64,000 bases of DNA from contig CM059453.1 in the NCBI GenBank assembly GCA_030390025.1, positions 6,014,001-6,078,000 on the forward strand, written 5' to 3'. The position numbers were made by a program, and so were the translations under genes. This DNA is from Squalus acanthias. Lineage: Eukaryota. A model generated the notes under the pieces. It did no database searches. It was not told the DNA's origin and saw nothing but the letters and a program-made list of their open reading frames with translations. Shown here piece by piece: positions 1 to 12,536 of the stretch. How positions within the stretch are numbered: the stretch's first letter is position 1; every line of letters begins with the position of its first letter.

Positions 1-210
1 CTGTCAAATTACGTCCGCCACCAAGCAGACAAAACGGGAGGAGAGGGTAATTGTTCGAAGTAAATATGTTCTAGTTGTAACTTTGAACTCCGGGACAGGA
101 ACAATTAGAAGTTTGCAATTCATATACGACGGCTTACACAATATAATTAATTACTTAGGTGCTAAATTATGTTTATTCAGCAATCCCGTTTTAATTAATG
201 CTTGTTTCAG

Positions 211-468
211 ATGGACTGGAAATCCCAACCGTCAACTCCTCTATAGTAGCTGTGGAAGGAAGTTCATTATTATTATACTGCACGGCCTGGTGGAAACCTC
301 CGTTCAGTTTAAGATGGGTGAACAATGGTGAAGAGATCAGCAGGTCTGCCACTGGTGAACTAAAGCATATATTGCACAACATTAGTTCCAAGGATGACGG
401 TGTATATTGGTGCGTAGCTGAAAATGCCCTGCGCACCGCAAACCGCTCCACTCTGATGTCTGTACAAT
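211..468 (+). CDS. Gene A (inhibitory Siglec-like receptor, 5' part outside window): second C2-set Ig exon
   Basis: tttcag acceptor and T|gtaagt donor, 258 bp, phase 1-1. Reads DGLEIP..LLLYCTAWW..LRWVNNG..DDGVYWCVAEN, with Ig C...W...DxGxYxC. Paralogs at 29049 and 60892. Confidence 0.92.
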
Positions 469-1430
469 GTAAGTATGTATTAATTTATCAATTCGACAGT
501 AGACTTTCAATTCTCGAACACTGGATTAAATTCCAGTTTTCTCTTACCTGCTTGATTGAAGGCGCCGATATCAATGAGTTTGGGATAGTGTCAGCCCTTC
601 CTGCGGAAATAGCGCAAAACAACCTCGATGGCTCCAATAATGGAAACTGACTTTGCCATCTCGCCAAGGTTGCGACAGGAGCACGAATTTACTGAGACAT
701 TTACTCTAAATCTAATTGTTCATAAATAATATTGGTAGTCTGAGGCAAATAATTTTCCAATCCTTAGAACTGACATGCATGAAATTGATGAGTACAAATT
801 CTTCGAAAATTTTCCAGTACTTTGTGGTAACCCAACTACTGTTACTTGTGTTAATGTTGAGCTCAGAATGTAATATTCAGAGACTCGGTCCTTTGAAATG
901 TCGACATGTTAGTTGGTTATCTATAGAAAGAACACTTCAAAGTCCACTACTAGGGAAAATGTTTAAAAGAGTGCACCGCTTGAAGAAATTTAATTTGATT
1001 GATCTTTTAAAATACAGACTTCTGAGACACGTGTCTGGATATAGTATACATAATTAACACTCTGAGCTTCCTCCGTCCGAGGAACCCCCAGAATATCTGT
1101 CAGGAAAATTATGATTGGACTGAGCACTCATTCTATTCAATACGAAGTTGTACCAAACGGCCTAATCTGCTATACATGAAAATGTCTGCTGCCTGGCCTG
1201 CTGAGTTTTTCCAGCGTTTTCTGTTGTTATTTCGGATTTCCAGCATCCGCAGTATTTTGCTATCGTATACATGAAAATGTAATAAGCCATCAATTAGTGC
1301 AAAATAATTGTTACATATAAAATAAAACATGCCAGAGCCATTATGGTTAGTTCAACAACTGACATCATTGTATTTGGCCACTTCAACTGTTTGATATATT
1401 CTTTTCATACTGAAGTCTCTCTTTCTTTAG

Positions 1431-1718
1431 ATAAAGCCACAATTTTAGCAGGCCCGACATGCACCAGCTCTGAAAATTGGACGAATTGTACCTGCCGGAT
1501 CAGAGCCAATCCACCGGGCAACATCACATGGGGCCTCAATGGGAGTATTATAACTGGGAACAGGTCAGATGTGGAAGTCATCTCCTGGGTGGGGAATAAT
1601 CACCACATGGAGAGCTCCCTGAGACTAACTCATCCAACTGGAACCGGAAACCTGATCTCATGTGTTGCAGCAAACGAGCACGGTGATTCTGTCAGCAAAT
1701 ACCAGCTCCACCCTAAGG
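1431..1718 (+). CDS. Gene A: membrane-proximal C2-set Ig exon (MAG domain 5 / Siglec-like)
   Basis: ctttag acceptor and G|gtacat donor, 288 bp. Reads YKATILAGPTC..NCTCRIRANPPGNITW..LISCVAANEHG. The extra CxC motif is typical of the last domain of MAG and CD33-related Siglecs. Confidence 0.92.
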
Positions 1719-2536
1719 GTACATGTTTACTCTATGTGTAATTTAATTCTAAGGGAGTTGATCCATCACTGGTCAGTCACTAACTGAACGGTGTTAGTGT
1801 CAGCAAATACCAGCTCCATTCAGCGGGTCCATACTGAATCTATCTCGAATTAGTGTAAGGACCTACTTTCATCATTGGTCAATCACCAACTGAAAGGTGC
1901 GGTCGGCATTATCCATTTTAACTTTCAGTCTTCTGAAACTTGCTCGGTTTACATTTTCATGATAAGATGAATTATGTGAGCACCAGAAGTAGCTAGTGAT
2001 CTTGGTAAACACATTCGTCTGAATTATGATAAACCCTTTAGAATATCCGAATTATTCTCACAAATTGATAGCAAACTGCAATCTATCCTTTTGTATATAC
2101 ATGCTCATTTCTATCTTGTTCAGACGCATTTGAGTATATAAAGCCGATATTTAAAAATCTAAGCAAAATTTGTTTATCGCTATAGCTTAGAAAACTTACC
2201 GATCTAACAGGTGACCTTGGCGGGCCTGTATTCTGATTGGATTATGCCCACTGTTATTCCGAGGGTGGGTTGTCATTTGAACTTAATTTGTCAATTGTGA
2301 TTTTTATATCAGTGAATCTTAAATAATATTTTCAAATTTACACCGGACCGCAACACCGGAATAATACACTTTTACACAAGGATCATCAGGTTGAGACAAG
2401 CGGAGTCCCTAATTTACCAATAGCTTTGTGATCCTAAAATAAAGGAAACTTGCTTCCTCTCACTCATAAATGTGCTTCCAAGATTGTTGTTTAATGCTAA
2501 TTCCCTAATGTACAGCAATGTTATCCAATATTTTAG

Positions 2537-2630
2537 GAATATTCTCCAGGACAAACGTCCTCATAATAGGAGGAGGAGCCACTGGGCTTGTTATTCTAAT
2601 TGCTTTCGCGGTCACGCTCAAGATGCAAAG
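2537..2630 (+). CDS. Gene A: transmembrane exon (A-type, no charged residue in the core)
   Basis: ttttag acceptor and AG|gtatgt donor, 94 bp, phase 1-2. Reads GIFSRTNVLIIGGGATGLVILIAFAVTLKMQR. Near-identical exon at 63163. Confidence 0.88.
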
Positions 2631-4116
2631 GTATGTGTGATTCTTCATTACATAGAATGGAGTTTTAAAGGTAACCCTGCATCAGAAAGTCCGTATATCA
2701 AAAAGTCGTTTAAATTAATCTTCCATGAGTAGAGTGTGCATCTGCCTAAACCGGTGCGTAAAGTAGGAGGGTCAATCAACCGTGACCAGTCGATCGCATC
2801 TTCTGGCATCAACTGCAGAGTAACATTTGTGGTTGCTTGAATCAGGCTGTCTGTGCATTCTTCCTGTTCCATTATTGTGATCTGTTTCCTTCTGTTTAAA
2901 CTGGACATTTTTGGACTTCTGATCGCTTGTACGCTATGTGCCAGGGATTGTTCACACCTCCGGTATATTCTGGATAAAGTTTGCAGCATGCTCAAACAAT
3001 GGGCATAGAATCCCTTTCAGTTTGATTCTGCTGCTGGTACTATGGAGCACCCTCACGCAAGCCTCATTGCAATGTCTGACTCTCAGCATAACACTACACC
3101 AGATTGATACTTAAGTTCTAACAAACAAACTAGTTCACGAAACAGAAAAAAAAGCAAATATTAAAACTAACGTGACAGATATGTATACAGTAGTTCTTAA
3201 GTTTGTTTGGCTCAAGGAGTACAACATTATATTTGAAAATTGGGTATGACTGATGCGCTAAAGTAAGTTATAAGGGATTATTTATGCAGCACGTGTTATC
3301 TTATTTATACCAGTTACTTAAGCTATTTGGTCTGACTAGCTCTCTTTGAAATCTCTAGACAGGTTCGCTGCTTTTAATAGACAGACAGATAATTATCTTC
3401 AGAAAGGTGACCGGCTCCAAGTGAATTCAAATAACAACCAGTTCGGTTTACCTGAGTTGCCAATCGAATGTATGCTTCAACAACGCACGCGCGATGTTTA
3501 GAATAAAATCTATGACGTTGCTCCTCGGTTAGTCACCGCCCCTCAACAGCCAATGATTCGGCAACAAACGGAACAAAATGAGCCAGGGCACTCTTGTGAG
3601 TGGTGCCAGCTTTTAACCCTTCATGTACCATGATATAATTAAATAAGTCAATTCCATGCTTAATAATAGCTACATGCTTCTTTCAGAGATATGAAAGAAG
3701 GATCTCAGAACCATTCATTAGGAATATTGATTTATTCCTGCGTTCTAACTCCAATGTGTTGCAGTCGTCGATCCAACAATACTGCGTTTACACATTGAAA
3801 CTCTAGCATCTGCTACGTACCCAGATGTTGAAATCATTAATAAACCTCCTATGTCCGTTATTTATCACACTCAACTTTCATCTAGAGCAGCAGCACCGCG
3901 CTGTTAACGCTTATCATAGATAAAGTAACATGTTCCCTTTTGAAATGTAGGCAGGTGGGAATTGAAAAGAATTGGGTATCGGATCTGGTCTGGGCTAAAC
4001 AGGAGACGTAAAAGACGCAAGTCTCTACTGACCTACATCGCGCAGGCGCAGTGTGCTTTCACTACACATTCCAGTTAATTATGGGAAGTGCCTCATTTGC
4101 ATGTGTTATTATTTAG

Positions 4117-4204
4117 GCAGAAGCACGGGGAAGCTGCACGTGTCTCCGAAGCACACGATGATTTGGTGATTTACAGTACGGTGCAGAAGGCACTAAACGC
4201 TGAG
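4117..4204 (+). CDS. Gene A: cytoplasmic exon with ITIM (VIYSTV)
   Basis: atttag acceptor and GAG|gtaagt donor, 88 bp, phase 2-0, in phase with the TM exon. Reads (R)QKHGEAARVSEAHDDLVIYSTVQKALNAE. Confidence 0.88.
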
Positions 4205-4965
4205 GTAAGTGATGCCAAACTGGAGTGACAATTGTAGGATGTTTGGTGTGCTTTCAACCAGCAAGTGACTCATATCGGGCAATACCCAACAGATAAACGG
4301 GAGTTTCAGAAACTTGTTGGCCTTTAAGGGAGGATTAGCCTCCTCACGTCGCTAAGATTGCAACAGAGCTGTAGGCTCTACATGTAGTGACCTGCTAAAT
4401 TCAATTAGGGAGTATTTCTCAAATTGGCGTTCCTTCTCAAACCAAATTCTTAATATAAGAGTGCGTTTCCAATGTCATCTTACCCCCTATTAATTAGGTC
4501 TCACCAGTTAAATGACCAACAAGTTCACAAGGTGTTAGCGACCCCAGAGGGGATAAACATTGCAGTTATGCAGTGTAATGTGCAACTTCTGAATTGCATC
4601 TTGATGTCAATGTGATCCCCATATTCCTCACATTTGAGTAACAAGGTTGTGGCTTTACGCTTCGCTCCAGCATTTCTACATCTATCTAGGCTGGGACTTC
4701 ATTTCAGAACTGAAGAAGTCCAGCATTACCGGAAGTCCCGTCTTTTGGATGAGATGTTAAAAAATGGCCCCGTTTGTTTCTTCTTGTGGAGGTAAACAGT
4801 CTCACAGTCCGATTGTGGGGATGAAAGAGAGTTCTCCCAAAGCACTTGCAAACATTTCTCCTTCAATACACAGCAGCTAATTAAATGGTTGTTGCATTTA
4901 TTTCTAAAACAGCGGCTGGAATTCAAAAGTTATTTATTGCATAACAGCTTTTATGTCTAAATAAT

Positions 4966-5600
4966 CATAGAATCATAATGCCCAGAAGTGGCCATTGAGC
5001 CTATGGTGCCTGTGCTGGCTTTTTGAAAGAGCTTACCAATTAGTCACACTCTGCTTCTGTTTTCCATTGGCACTGATTTGATTTATTTTTCATGTTCACG
5101 CATATATTCAATTTCCTTTTGAAATTTTCTATTGAATCTGCTTCCGCAGCCCTTTCAGACAGTGCATTCCAGATACTAACAACTCGCTGAGTTAAAAAAA
5201 AAACTTCTCACCTACCATTTGGTTCTTCTCCCAAATATCTTCAATCTGCGTTATCTGGTTAGCGACGCTCCTGCCAATGGAAACTGTTTCTACTTAATCA
5301 CTGTATCAAAATTCCGCAGAATTTTATCACCAATATCTAATCTCCCCCTTACTTTCTCTACTTTAAGGAGAACAATCCCTGCTTCCTTAGACACTCCATT
5401 TAAGTTCAGACCCTGATTCCTCCTATAATTCTAGTAATACTGCTCTGTACCCTCTCTAATGCATTGACATCCTTTCGACAGTGTTATGCATAGAATTGGA
5501 CACAATACTCCAGCCGAGGCCTAACCAGTGATTTAAAAAATGTTCTTCGTAACTTCCTTGCTTTCGTAATCTGTACCTCTATTTATAAACACCCTGATCA
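4966..5600 (-). mobile_element. Degenerate CR1/HER1-type LINE 3' fragment
   Basis: Reverse-complement CR1 3' end (atcatagaatc tail; aattggacacaatactccag). Boundaries approximate. Confidence 0.65.
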
Positions 5601-5927
5601 AGTATGGTATTTAAGAGCATTAGAACCATAGAATTTTACAGCACAGAAGGCGACCATTCGGCCCGTTGTATTCGTTCAAGCTGCTTGAAAAAGGTTACCA
5701 ATTTAGTCCCACACCCCAGCCTTATCCACATGTCCGGATATACAAATGCACGTTCATTGTTTCCTTCATCAAGACTTAACAACGCTCATCTCATGGATCA
5801 GGGCCATTAGAAAACTTACCAGCGATATAATATTTCGAATAACTCTGGTGCAGACAGTACACTCCCATTGCGTTCCGCGCCATATCTGCAATATCTCCAC
5901 ATCTAATACAAATGCCTTCCGTTACAG

Positions 5928-6095
5928 AGGGACAATCAGTATGCAGAGGCTGGTCGGAGAGCCGCACAATCGACTAAACCAGCTCAGAATGACGAGATTG
6001 TGTACGCGACCGTCAATGTCTCAAACTTCCGCAAACATGATCAATATATTCAAAATGAGGAGAACTGCGAATATGCAGCAATTAAACAGAACTAA
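5928..6095 (+). CDS. Gene A: terminal exon 1 with ITIM (IVYATV) and distal ITSM-like motif (CEYAAI)
   Basis: ccttccgttacag acceptor, phase 0. Reads RDNQYAEAGRRAAQSTKPAQNDEIVYATVNVSNFRKHDQYIQNEENCEYAAIKQN*, a proximal ITIM plus distal motif like CD33-related Siglec tails. Confidence 0.88.
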   Translation, partial: RDNQYAEAGRRAAQSTKPAQNDEIVYATVNVSNFRKHDQYIQNEENCEYAAIKQN

Positions 6096-6401
6096 AAGTT
6101 AACCGGAGTTATACTGACAGCGCGGATGGTCTTGAGACTGATAATAATTGATAACATCTGATGACATAAAGTAAATCAAACACCATTGCATTACAATAAG
6201 GACTATGAGAATGGAGATCATTCAGAAAATTGGTGTCATGTTTCGATTTACGTTCACAAATTCGAGTTTATTGGAAGACAGTTGAGAGTGTGAATGTTTC
6301 ATCAATGTAATTTTTCAACATTTTTCTCTATTCTGTGAAAATAACTATTTTACAAACCATTTCTAACATCGTCTTTGCAACTTTATCTACTGAAACCCAT
6401 T

Positions 6402-7733
6402 GGCCCATAGTATGAACCCTCACAACCGGGGACCAAGTTGCCAAAAAGGCTAGCAATGAAACAAAATGACAATATCTTTACTTACCGTTGCGCCTAAAAA
6501 TCAGGTGCTAATTTAAAGAGATTCATAATTATGCGCATGGACGAGTTCTTGCAAGACATCCAAACAATTTTAAGTTGTCAGCCCTGGAATTGCGGTGTCT
6601 GAGAATGCAGAGTATGCTGTCGTAATCCGTTTGAAATACGCTGCAATTCCAGATTTCCGCATGCTTCTGCATGCGTGAAATCCGGAACTTGCGGGCTGTC
6701 AACGTAGGTGTTGACAGGCCATCCGTGGGGGCACCGATAAAGGAATCAATGGCGCAGAGTTGGGATACTTGCCAAGCGACTGGCCAGCAATTGCCCACGT
6801 AAGTCTCATGGTTGTTGCAAGCAGGCCTAGGGCCTGTTTCCATCAGCGTAAGGGCATATCTAAGGCACAAATAAAACAGTTAAAAATGCAAACTTATGCA
6901 CATACACTGTATCAAATGAGTTTATGCACATATTGGCCCGAATTATAGTTTTAAACATGTATGAAATTTTAAACAAAAAAATAACTTTTTATTGGTCCTG
7001 AATTTGCTGTCGGAGGCGTACATCCGGAGTACACCTCCAATCTGCCTAATATTTCCAAACTTACCCCCTGGATCCATAGCCACGGAAAGTTCGGATACTG
7101 GGCCTCCAGGTATACGCCAGCTAGAGGCCCACTGATCCCAGGGATGCAGGAGGTTCGGAAGCGGCCTTGGGATCACATGGGCCCGGTCCGCCAATGAGAA
7201 GGGAGGATTCCATTGCAGTCATTTCTTAGCGGACTCCCCTCAGGACATGCAGTGGATTCCTAAAATAATTAAACAATTTAGACAGCTATAATAAATATAA
7301 ATGTTCTGATTTTCAACTTTAATTAAAAGTCCATCAATCACACCAAATACAATAAACATTTCATTGATTTGATAAATAATTTTAAGGCGGGACAATATTT
7401 GCATTAACTAGTTTTATTTTTAAATTTTTAATTGAAGATTTAAATAACCGCTACGCTAGTGAAAGCCGGCCCTCCGCCTGTTTTTACCAGCCACCAGTGT
7501 TTCGTGGGAAATTGCTGCATTGTAATTTGGCAAATAGCCCAACTCTGTGCCTGTGAATGTGATTTCTCAGTTGGTCGGTAGATCTGTCAAGGCGTATCTT
7601 GAAAGATCGCAAGTTGCGCGTTTGCGCGCATGCGCAACACATGTGGCAACCCGGAGCTTGCGTGGCACAAACTGAAGGATTAGGATTGCAGAGGCTCAGC
7701 GTATGCCGTCAAAGCCAAAATAAACTCTGGCCC
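6402..7733. mobile_element. Non-autonomous TIR-bounded repeat (MITE-like), copy 1
   Basis: Imperfect inverted ends (ggcccatagtat / aaactctggcc), flanking cccattg repeat, and internal tgcgcatgcg / ggaacttgcg motifs shared with the 10-11.6 kb elements. Confidence 0.4.
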
Positions 7734-8641
7734 ATTGAGTTTGGTGGAATTAAGGGAATTATGAATAAAATTCCCATTCTGTTAATTGTGTTACTCTTAC
7801 ATTTCGGGATTCCATTGCATATAATTAGGGGATACCCTTCGTAAATGACTGCAATGGAATTATCCTTTGTCATTGGAGGACCAGGCCCATGTGTTCCCAG
7901 GTACGCTTCCGCACCGCCTGTGCCCCTGGGGATCCGTGGGCCATTACGCTGCCCACCGCCACGAGGCCTGAGACCACATCTTTTCGCAGCCTGGCCGCCA
8001 GCAGGTTATTTCGTAATTGTTTCGCGGGTCAGAGGCGTACACTGGAGGTACTCCTCCTAACTCAATTTCTAGCCCATCATTTATTTGGACGTATTTGATT
8101 TGAGCAACCATTGTGTACTTGGGCAAAAAAAAATCACTGGACCTGTCAATGTGTTTTCCGCTCACTCACGACAGACAACACCTGAGCTTCTGTTTGATTT
8201 GATTTAAGATTTCATTGGATGCAATCCGGCTCCTCCCGCAAAGCTGGCCATGCACCATGGTGAAATTGTGAGACGTCTCTGATCGCAAATGTTGGCCCAA
8301 TATCTGGCGTAATGCAACTCCCGATACTGATGTGCTATCGCCCATTTTGCGCTAACGCATCGATGATTTATACCCCAGTATAATCACAGTGGGAATATTT
8401 TCAATGATTCCCATTTCCACCGAAGTTTTAAATTGGCTAAAAGATCAGATTTAGATTTCATTACAAATAGTGACCACAGGAATTCCCCCTTCCCCATGTG
8501 ATTTGTCTTTAAATTAATTAAATATCGAAGAGGTGTTATTCTTTAAACATCAAGATGAATTCTGAACGTTTAAGTTAGAGTAATTTTATTTACCTCTGTT
8601 TTTATCAGGGGAAACAGAAAGAAAGACTCTCGACGATATCA

Positions 8642-9462
8642 TTAAAACATGAGAAACAGAAGCAGGAGTTGGCCAATCGGCTCCTCGATCCTGCTTCGCC
8701 ATTCAATAAGATCATGGCTCATCCAATCTTGGATTCAAATCCACTTTCCCGCTCTCTCCCCATACCCCCTGACTCCCTTGTAGTTCAAATGTCTGTCAAT
8801 CTCCACCTTGAATATATTCAATGACTCCGCCTCCACAGCTCTCTGGGGTAGAGAATGCCAAAGATTCACATCCCTCTGAGAGAAGAAATTCCTCCTTATC
8901 TCCGTCTTAAATGGGCGATCCCCTATTCTGAATATATGCACCCTAGTTCTAGATTCCCCTCCTAGGGGGAGCATCCTCTCAGCATCCACGATGTCAATCA
9001 ACCTCAGAATCTTATATATTTCCATAAGATCACCTCTCATTCTTCTAAACGCCAATGAGTATAGGCCCAACCTGCTCAATCTTTCGTCATACGTCAACCC
9101 GTTCATTCAGCGAATCAACCTAGTGAATCTTCTCTGCACTGCCTCCACTGCAAGTATATCCTTCCTTAAATATGGAGACCAAAACTGTACGCATTACTCC
9201 AGGTGCGGTGTCACCAGTGCCCTGTAAAGTTGCATCAAAACTTCCCTTCTTTTATACTCCATAGCACTTGCAATAAAGGCCATCATTCTATTAGCCTTCC
9301 TAATTACTTGCTGTACCTGCATGCTAACTTTTTGTGTTTCATGTACAAGGACCCCCACATCCCTTTGTACCGCAGCATTTTGTAGTCTCCCTCCATTTAA
9401 ATAATAATTTGCTTTTTCCTTCTTTCTTCCAAAGTGGATAACCTCACATTTTCCCATATTAT
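8642..9462 (-). mobile_element. CR1/HER1-type LINE 3' fragment (RT C-terminus and 3' tail)
   Basis: Minus ORFs 8735-9106 and 9194-9499 read KCEVIHFG..YRALVTPHLE..LGLYSL..RGDL..RNFFSQR. Tail hairpin gagcaggatcgaggagccgattggcc. Possible TSD tatca. Confidence 0.9.
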
Positions 9463-10019
9463 CACCGAGAATGTAAATGCTGACTGGAGCTTCATTCAAT
9501 ACAGAGAGCTGTCACTCTTGTGTCCACGTGAATAATGATAATTTATATATTGCGTTTCATGTATTCAGCATGTCCCAAAGTGCTGTGCCACCAATGGATT
9601 AATGATGTCCTAGTTCCCTCGCTGATGTATATGAGAACTAACACAAATGGCCTGAAGGTAAAGTCATGGCATGGTGTAAGCTGGTCCCTTGCTTCAATCG
9701 CATGTCTTTACCAGGCTGACCTCGGCCACACTAAGAATGACAGCGACGCTGAATGGAATGAAACAGCCACACCACTTCCTGATCACTGCCGAGTGACCCC
9801 TTCCCAACTGGTAATTCTGTCCGGATCTTGGCAGGGTAAGCCAATGGCGAGTCACAAATGTGAATATCTTCCCCATTGGAAGCAAGTGCAGTTACGTTAA
9901 CAATGGCGACTGGACCCCAGAGAACAATTGAAAAGCCAAAACCATGCGCTAGCCAGGTTCGAAATTCATCGCGGGCGGTAGCGTAAAACTGGCGGTATCG
10001 CATGAAAGGGAATGATTTA

Positions 10020-10741
10020 TTGAGCCTGAATTTTCGATCGGTAGCTTCCTGTGAGCGGATGCCTTCGAACGGAAAATCTCGGCGCACTTATCTTCTGGCT
10101 CCGTAGTTCCTGAGAGTTCCGGTCCTGTCTCTCTCCACGACGAAATGCGCAGAGGCTCAGGTATCCCAGGGGTGCATGCGGTTCGCAAGCTTCCCTGGGA
10201 TCTGGTGGAAAATGGGGAACTAATCAAAGAAGGGAATCCGCGTTCACACTTTTGACAGGTCTCTACGCACAGAACTGTCAAAAGTATGAATGGGATCACT
10301 TCAAAAACACAGTTAAACATTAAATAAATTGTTAAAAGCATCAGGTATTTAAAATTAGATAAAATTACATTCAATTATTTTGTTTTAAACAAATTCAAAA
10401 AAAAAAGAAGTTTTTTAAGGGGCTAAAATTAAACTTAAGTTGTTTTCAATCATAAATGATTTTAATCACTTATGCCGGCAAAAGCAGGCCATACGCCTGC
10501 TTTTAACTATCTTACGATTTTTAAAGGCTTTCAGTGAGCGGAGGTTTTGCAGAAAGCGCAACTCTGCCCGCTGAGGCCCTTTTCCCAGGCAGGCAAACAA
10601 CTGTCAAGATGTTTCTTGACAGATCGCAAGTGCCGGGTTTTAGCACATGCTCTTCGCCTGTCTGAAACTGGCACTTGCGAGGCCCTTACCGTTGCGTACA
10701 CACCTCGTACGCACCCATGGGGGTCGGAAAATGCGGCCCAT
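10020..10741. mobile_element. Non-autonomous TIR-bounded repeat (MITE-like), copy 2
   Basis: Imperfect inverted ends (gagcctgaattttcg / ggaaaatgcggccc), an AT-rich core and motifs shared with 6402-7733. Confidence 0.4.
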
Positions 10742-10876
10742 TAAGAGGGACGTATGATAGGCGGCCGTTCCCTTTAGCTCTTCCATCCAAGACAAACCCT
10801 ACTCCAAAGTGTTCTGAAACGGAAGGATACATTTGGATGGGACAAAAACAGTCAGTTTACTGGAAAATAAATACAA

Positions 10877-11641
10877 TGGCCCAGAAATTAAACATCGATG
10901 GTTCACGCGGGGTTAAGGATTCCCCGCGATATCGCACTCTGCGCCTACCTTTTTGTTTCGGGCCCACACGAACTTCAGTTTCAGGGCCTCTCCCTTTTGC
11001 CAGCGTGCAGTGCTTGCGTGTCCCAGAGTCGCAATTAGTTCGTGCGAGCTCTGGGATCACGTGATTCAGTTACAGCCAATGGCAGCACACCTTCTTTCAT
11101 TCATATTTTTGACAGCAAGGGCTGTCAAAGCTATGAATACTGCAAGCCCCCAAAAGAGCAGCTAAACCTCAATTAATTTAAAAATAAAGCCATCACATTA
11201 ATAAAATATCTATAGTTAAATAAATTAACCACATTAAACAAAACATTAAAGTTTGGAAAAAATTTATAAACTTTTTAAAAGTTATAAAAATAAACTTACC
11301 TTTCTTTAAAGTCTCTAAAAAAGATAAACCTGCTGAAAAAATTTAAAATAACACTTAATTAACTACTTACCTTGTTAAAAGGGGGTCCTACGCCTGCTTT
11401 CTTTATGTGTAGAATCTTCACCACTTACCTGCGCTTTCAAACCTGAAAAAAAAACTAAGTGCACTGCGAGCGCGCAACCTGAAGCACGCACGCGGTTCAC
11501 TTAGGTACCGCCCCCTTTGCAATACACGAAGTGCCGGTTTCCCGCGCATACGCAGTGCATGCAGGAAACCGGCAATTCTGGAACTAATACGCGAGAGTAC
11601 ACAGTGCGTGCTCTCGCGTATTAGGTCTAATTTACGGGCCA
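10877..11641. mobile_element. Non-autonomous TIR-bounded repeat (MITE-like), copy 3
   Basis: Inverted ends tggcccagaaatta / taatttacgggcca with caat on both flanks, and an AT-rich core. Confidence 0.45.
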
Positions 11642-11879
11642 ATTCCCGTGTGCTGAAAGTATGTCAAAGGGATTAAATACAGTGGACCCACCGCGCCACC
11701 TACTGGCCTTAGCCAGAAACTACACCCTCATTCGAACTCGCCATAGTAACTTTATTTACATATCCCTAACACACAGATTGCAAAGGTAAGAGCCACCAGA
11801 GAGAGTCTCTCTCTCTCCCTATTTTGTGTTTCTCAACACTGATTTTGTTTAAATCGAAGCACAAATACTTCTAGGTATA

Positions 11880-12135
11880 GCTGCACCACTTGTTCTGTGT
11901 GTATCTCTACCACGTGTTCTTTGTGTATCTGTACCACATCTTCTTTATGTATCTGTACCACGTGGTCTCTGTATAACTTTACCATGTGTTCTTTGTGCAT
12001 CTGTACCACGTGTTATTTGTGTATCTTTACCACGTGCCCTTTGCCTATCTGTACCACGTGTTTTTTGTGTATCTGTACCACGTGTCCTTTGTGTATCTGT
12101 ACCATGTATTATTGGTGTATCCGTAACACGTGTTC
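11880..12135 (+). repeat. 24-bp minisatellite, about 10 copies (ATCTGTACCACGTGTTCTTTGTGT)
   Basis: Directly visible. It explains the 8-aa periodic spurious ORFs 11897-12193 and 11945-12172. Confidence 0.9.
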
Positions 12136-12147
12136 CTTCCGTTGCAG

Positions 12148-12321
12148 AGGGGATATTGTGAGAATGATCCACACAGTGATGTTGGAGAAGTGATATCCAA
12201 CTCGGCGGAGCAGAACGAAGCCATTAATTACGCCACTCTGCACTTTTCAACTCTTACTCAAGGGCACGGATATGTACATTGTAAAGAAATAGGTGACTAT
12301 GCAGTTATGAAATTCAACTGA
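12148..12321 (+). CDS. Second, paralogous terminal exon with ITIM (INYATL) and distal Tyr motif (GDYAVM); candidate alternative tail of gene A
   Basis: Acceptor ccttccgttgcag|AGG is nearly identical to that of 5928 (ccttccgttacag|AGG), phase 0. Reads RGYCENDPHSDVGEVISNSAEQNEAINYATLHFSTLTQGHGYVHCKEIGDYAVMKFN* and aligns to terminal exon 1. Confidence 0.75.
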   Translation, partial: RGYCENDPHSDVGEVISNSAEQNEAINYATLHFSTLTQGHGYVHCKEIGDYAVMKFN

Positions 12322-12536
12322 AATATCCAGAGCATGCAGACGCCGCATTTTCTGAACCCCAACATTTCAGTTTCTTGCTCTAAACGAACTAAATATAAAA
12401 TTCAGGAAACATGCCATGTTTTTAAAATCATTGGAATTGCTCACTGCTCTTGGTTGCGCAATTTGCCCCAATATACTCCTGAATTACCTTGAATGCTTCA
12501 CTGGAGTCCTACACAGCAACAAACATATATTCCTCC

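Noticed and set aside
2610-2630. Lys near the end of the gene A TM as a DAP12-binding charge
   Set aside because: It follows a full 21-residue hydrophobic stretch and is Met in gene E, so it is more likely a stop-transfer residue.
11897-12193. Cys-rich metallothionein- or keratin-like ORF
   Set aside because: Translation of the 24-bp minisatellite.
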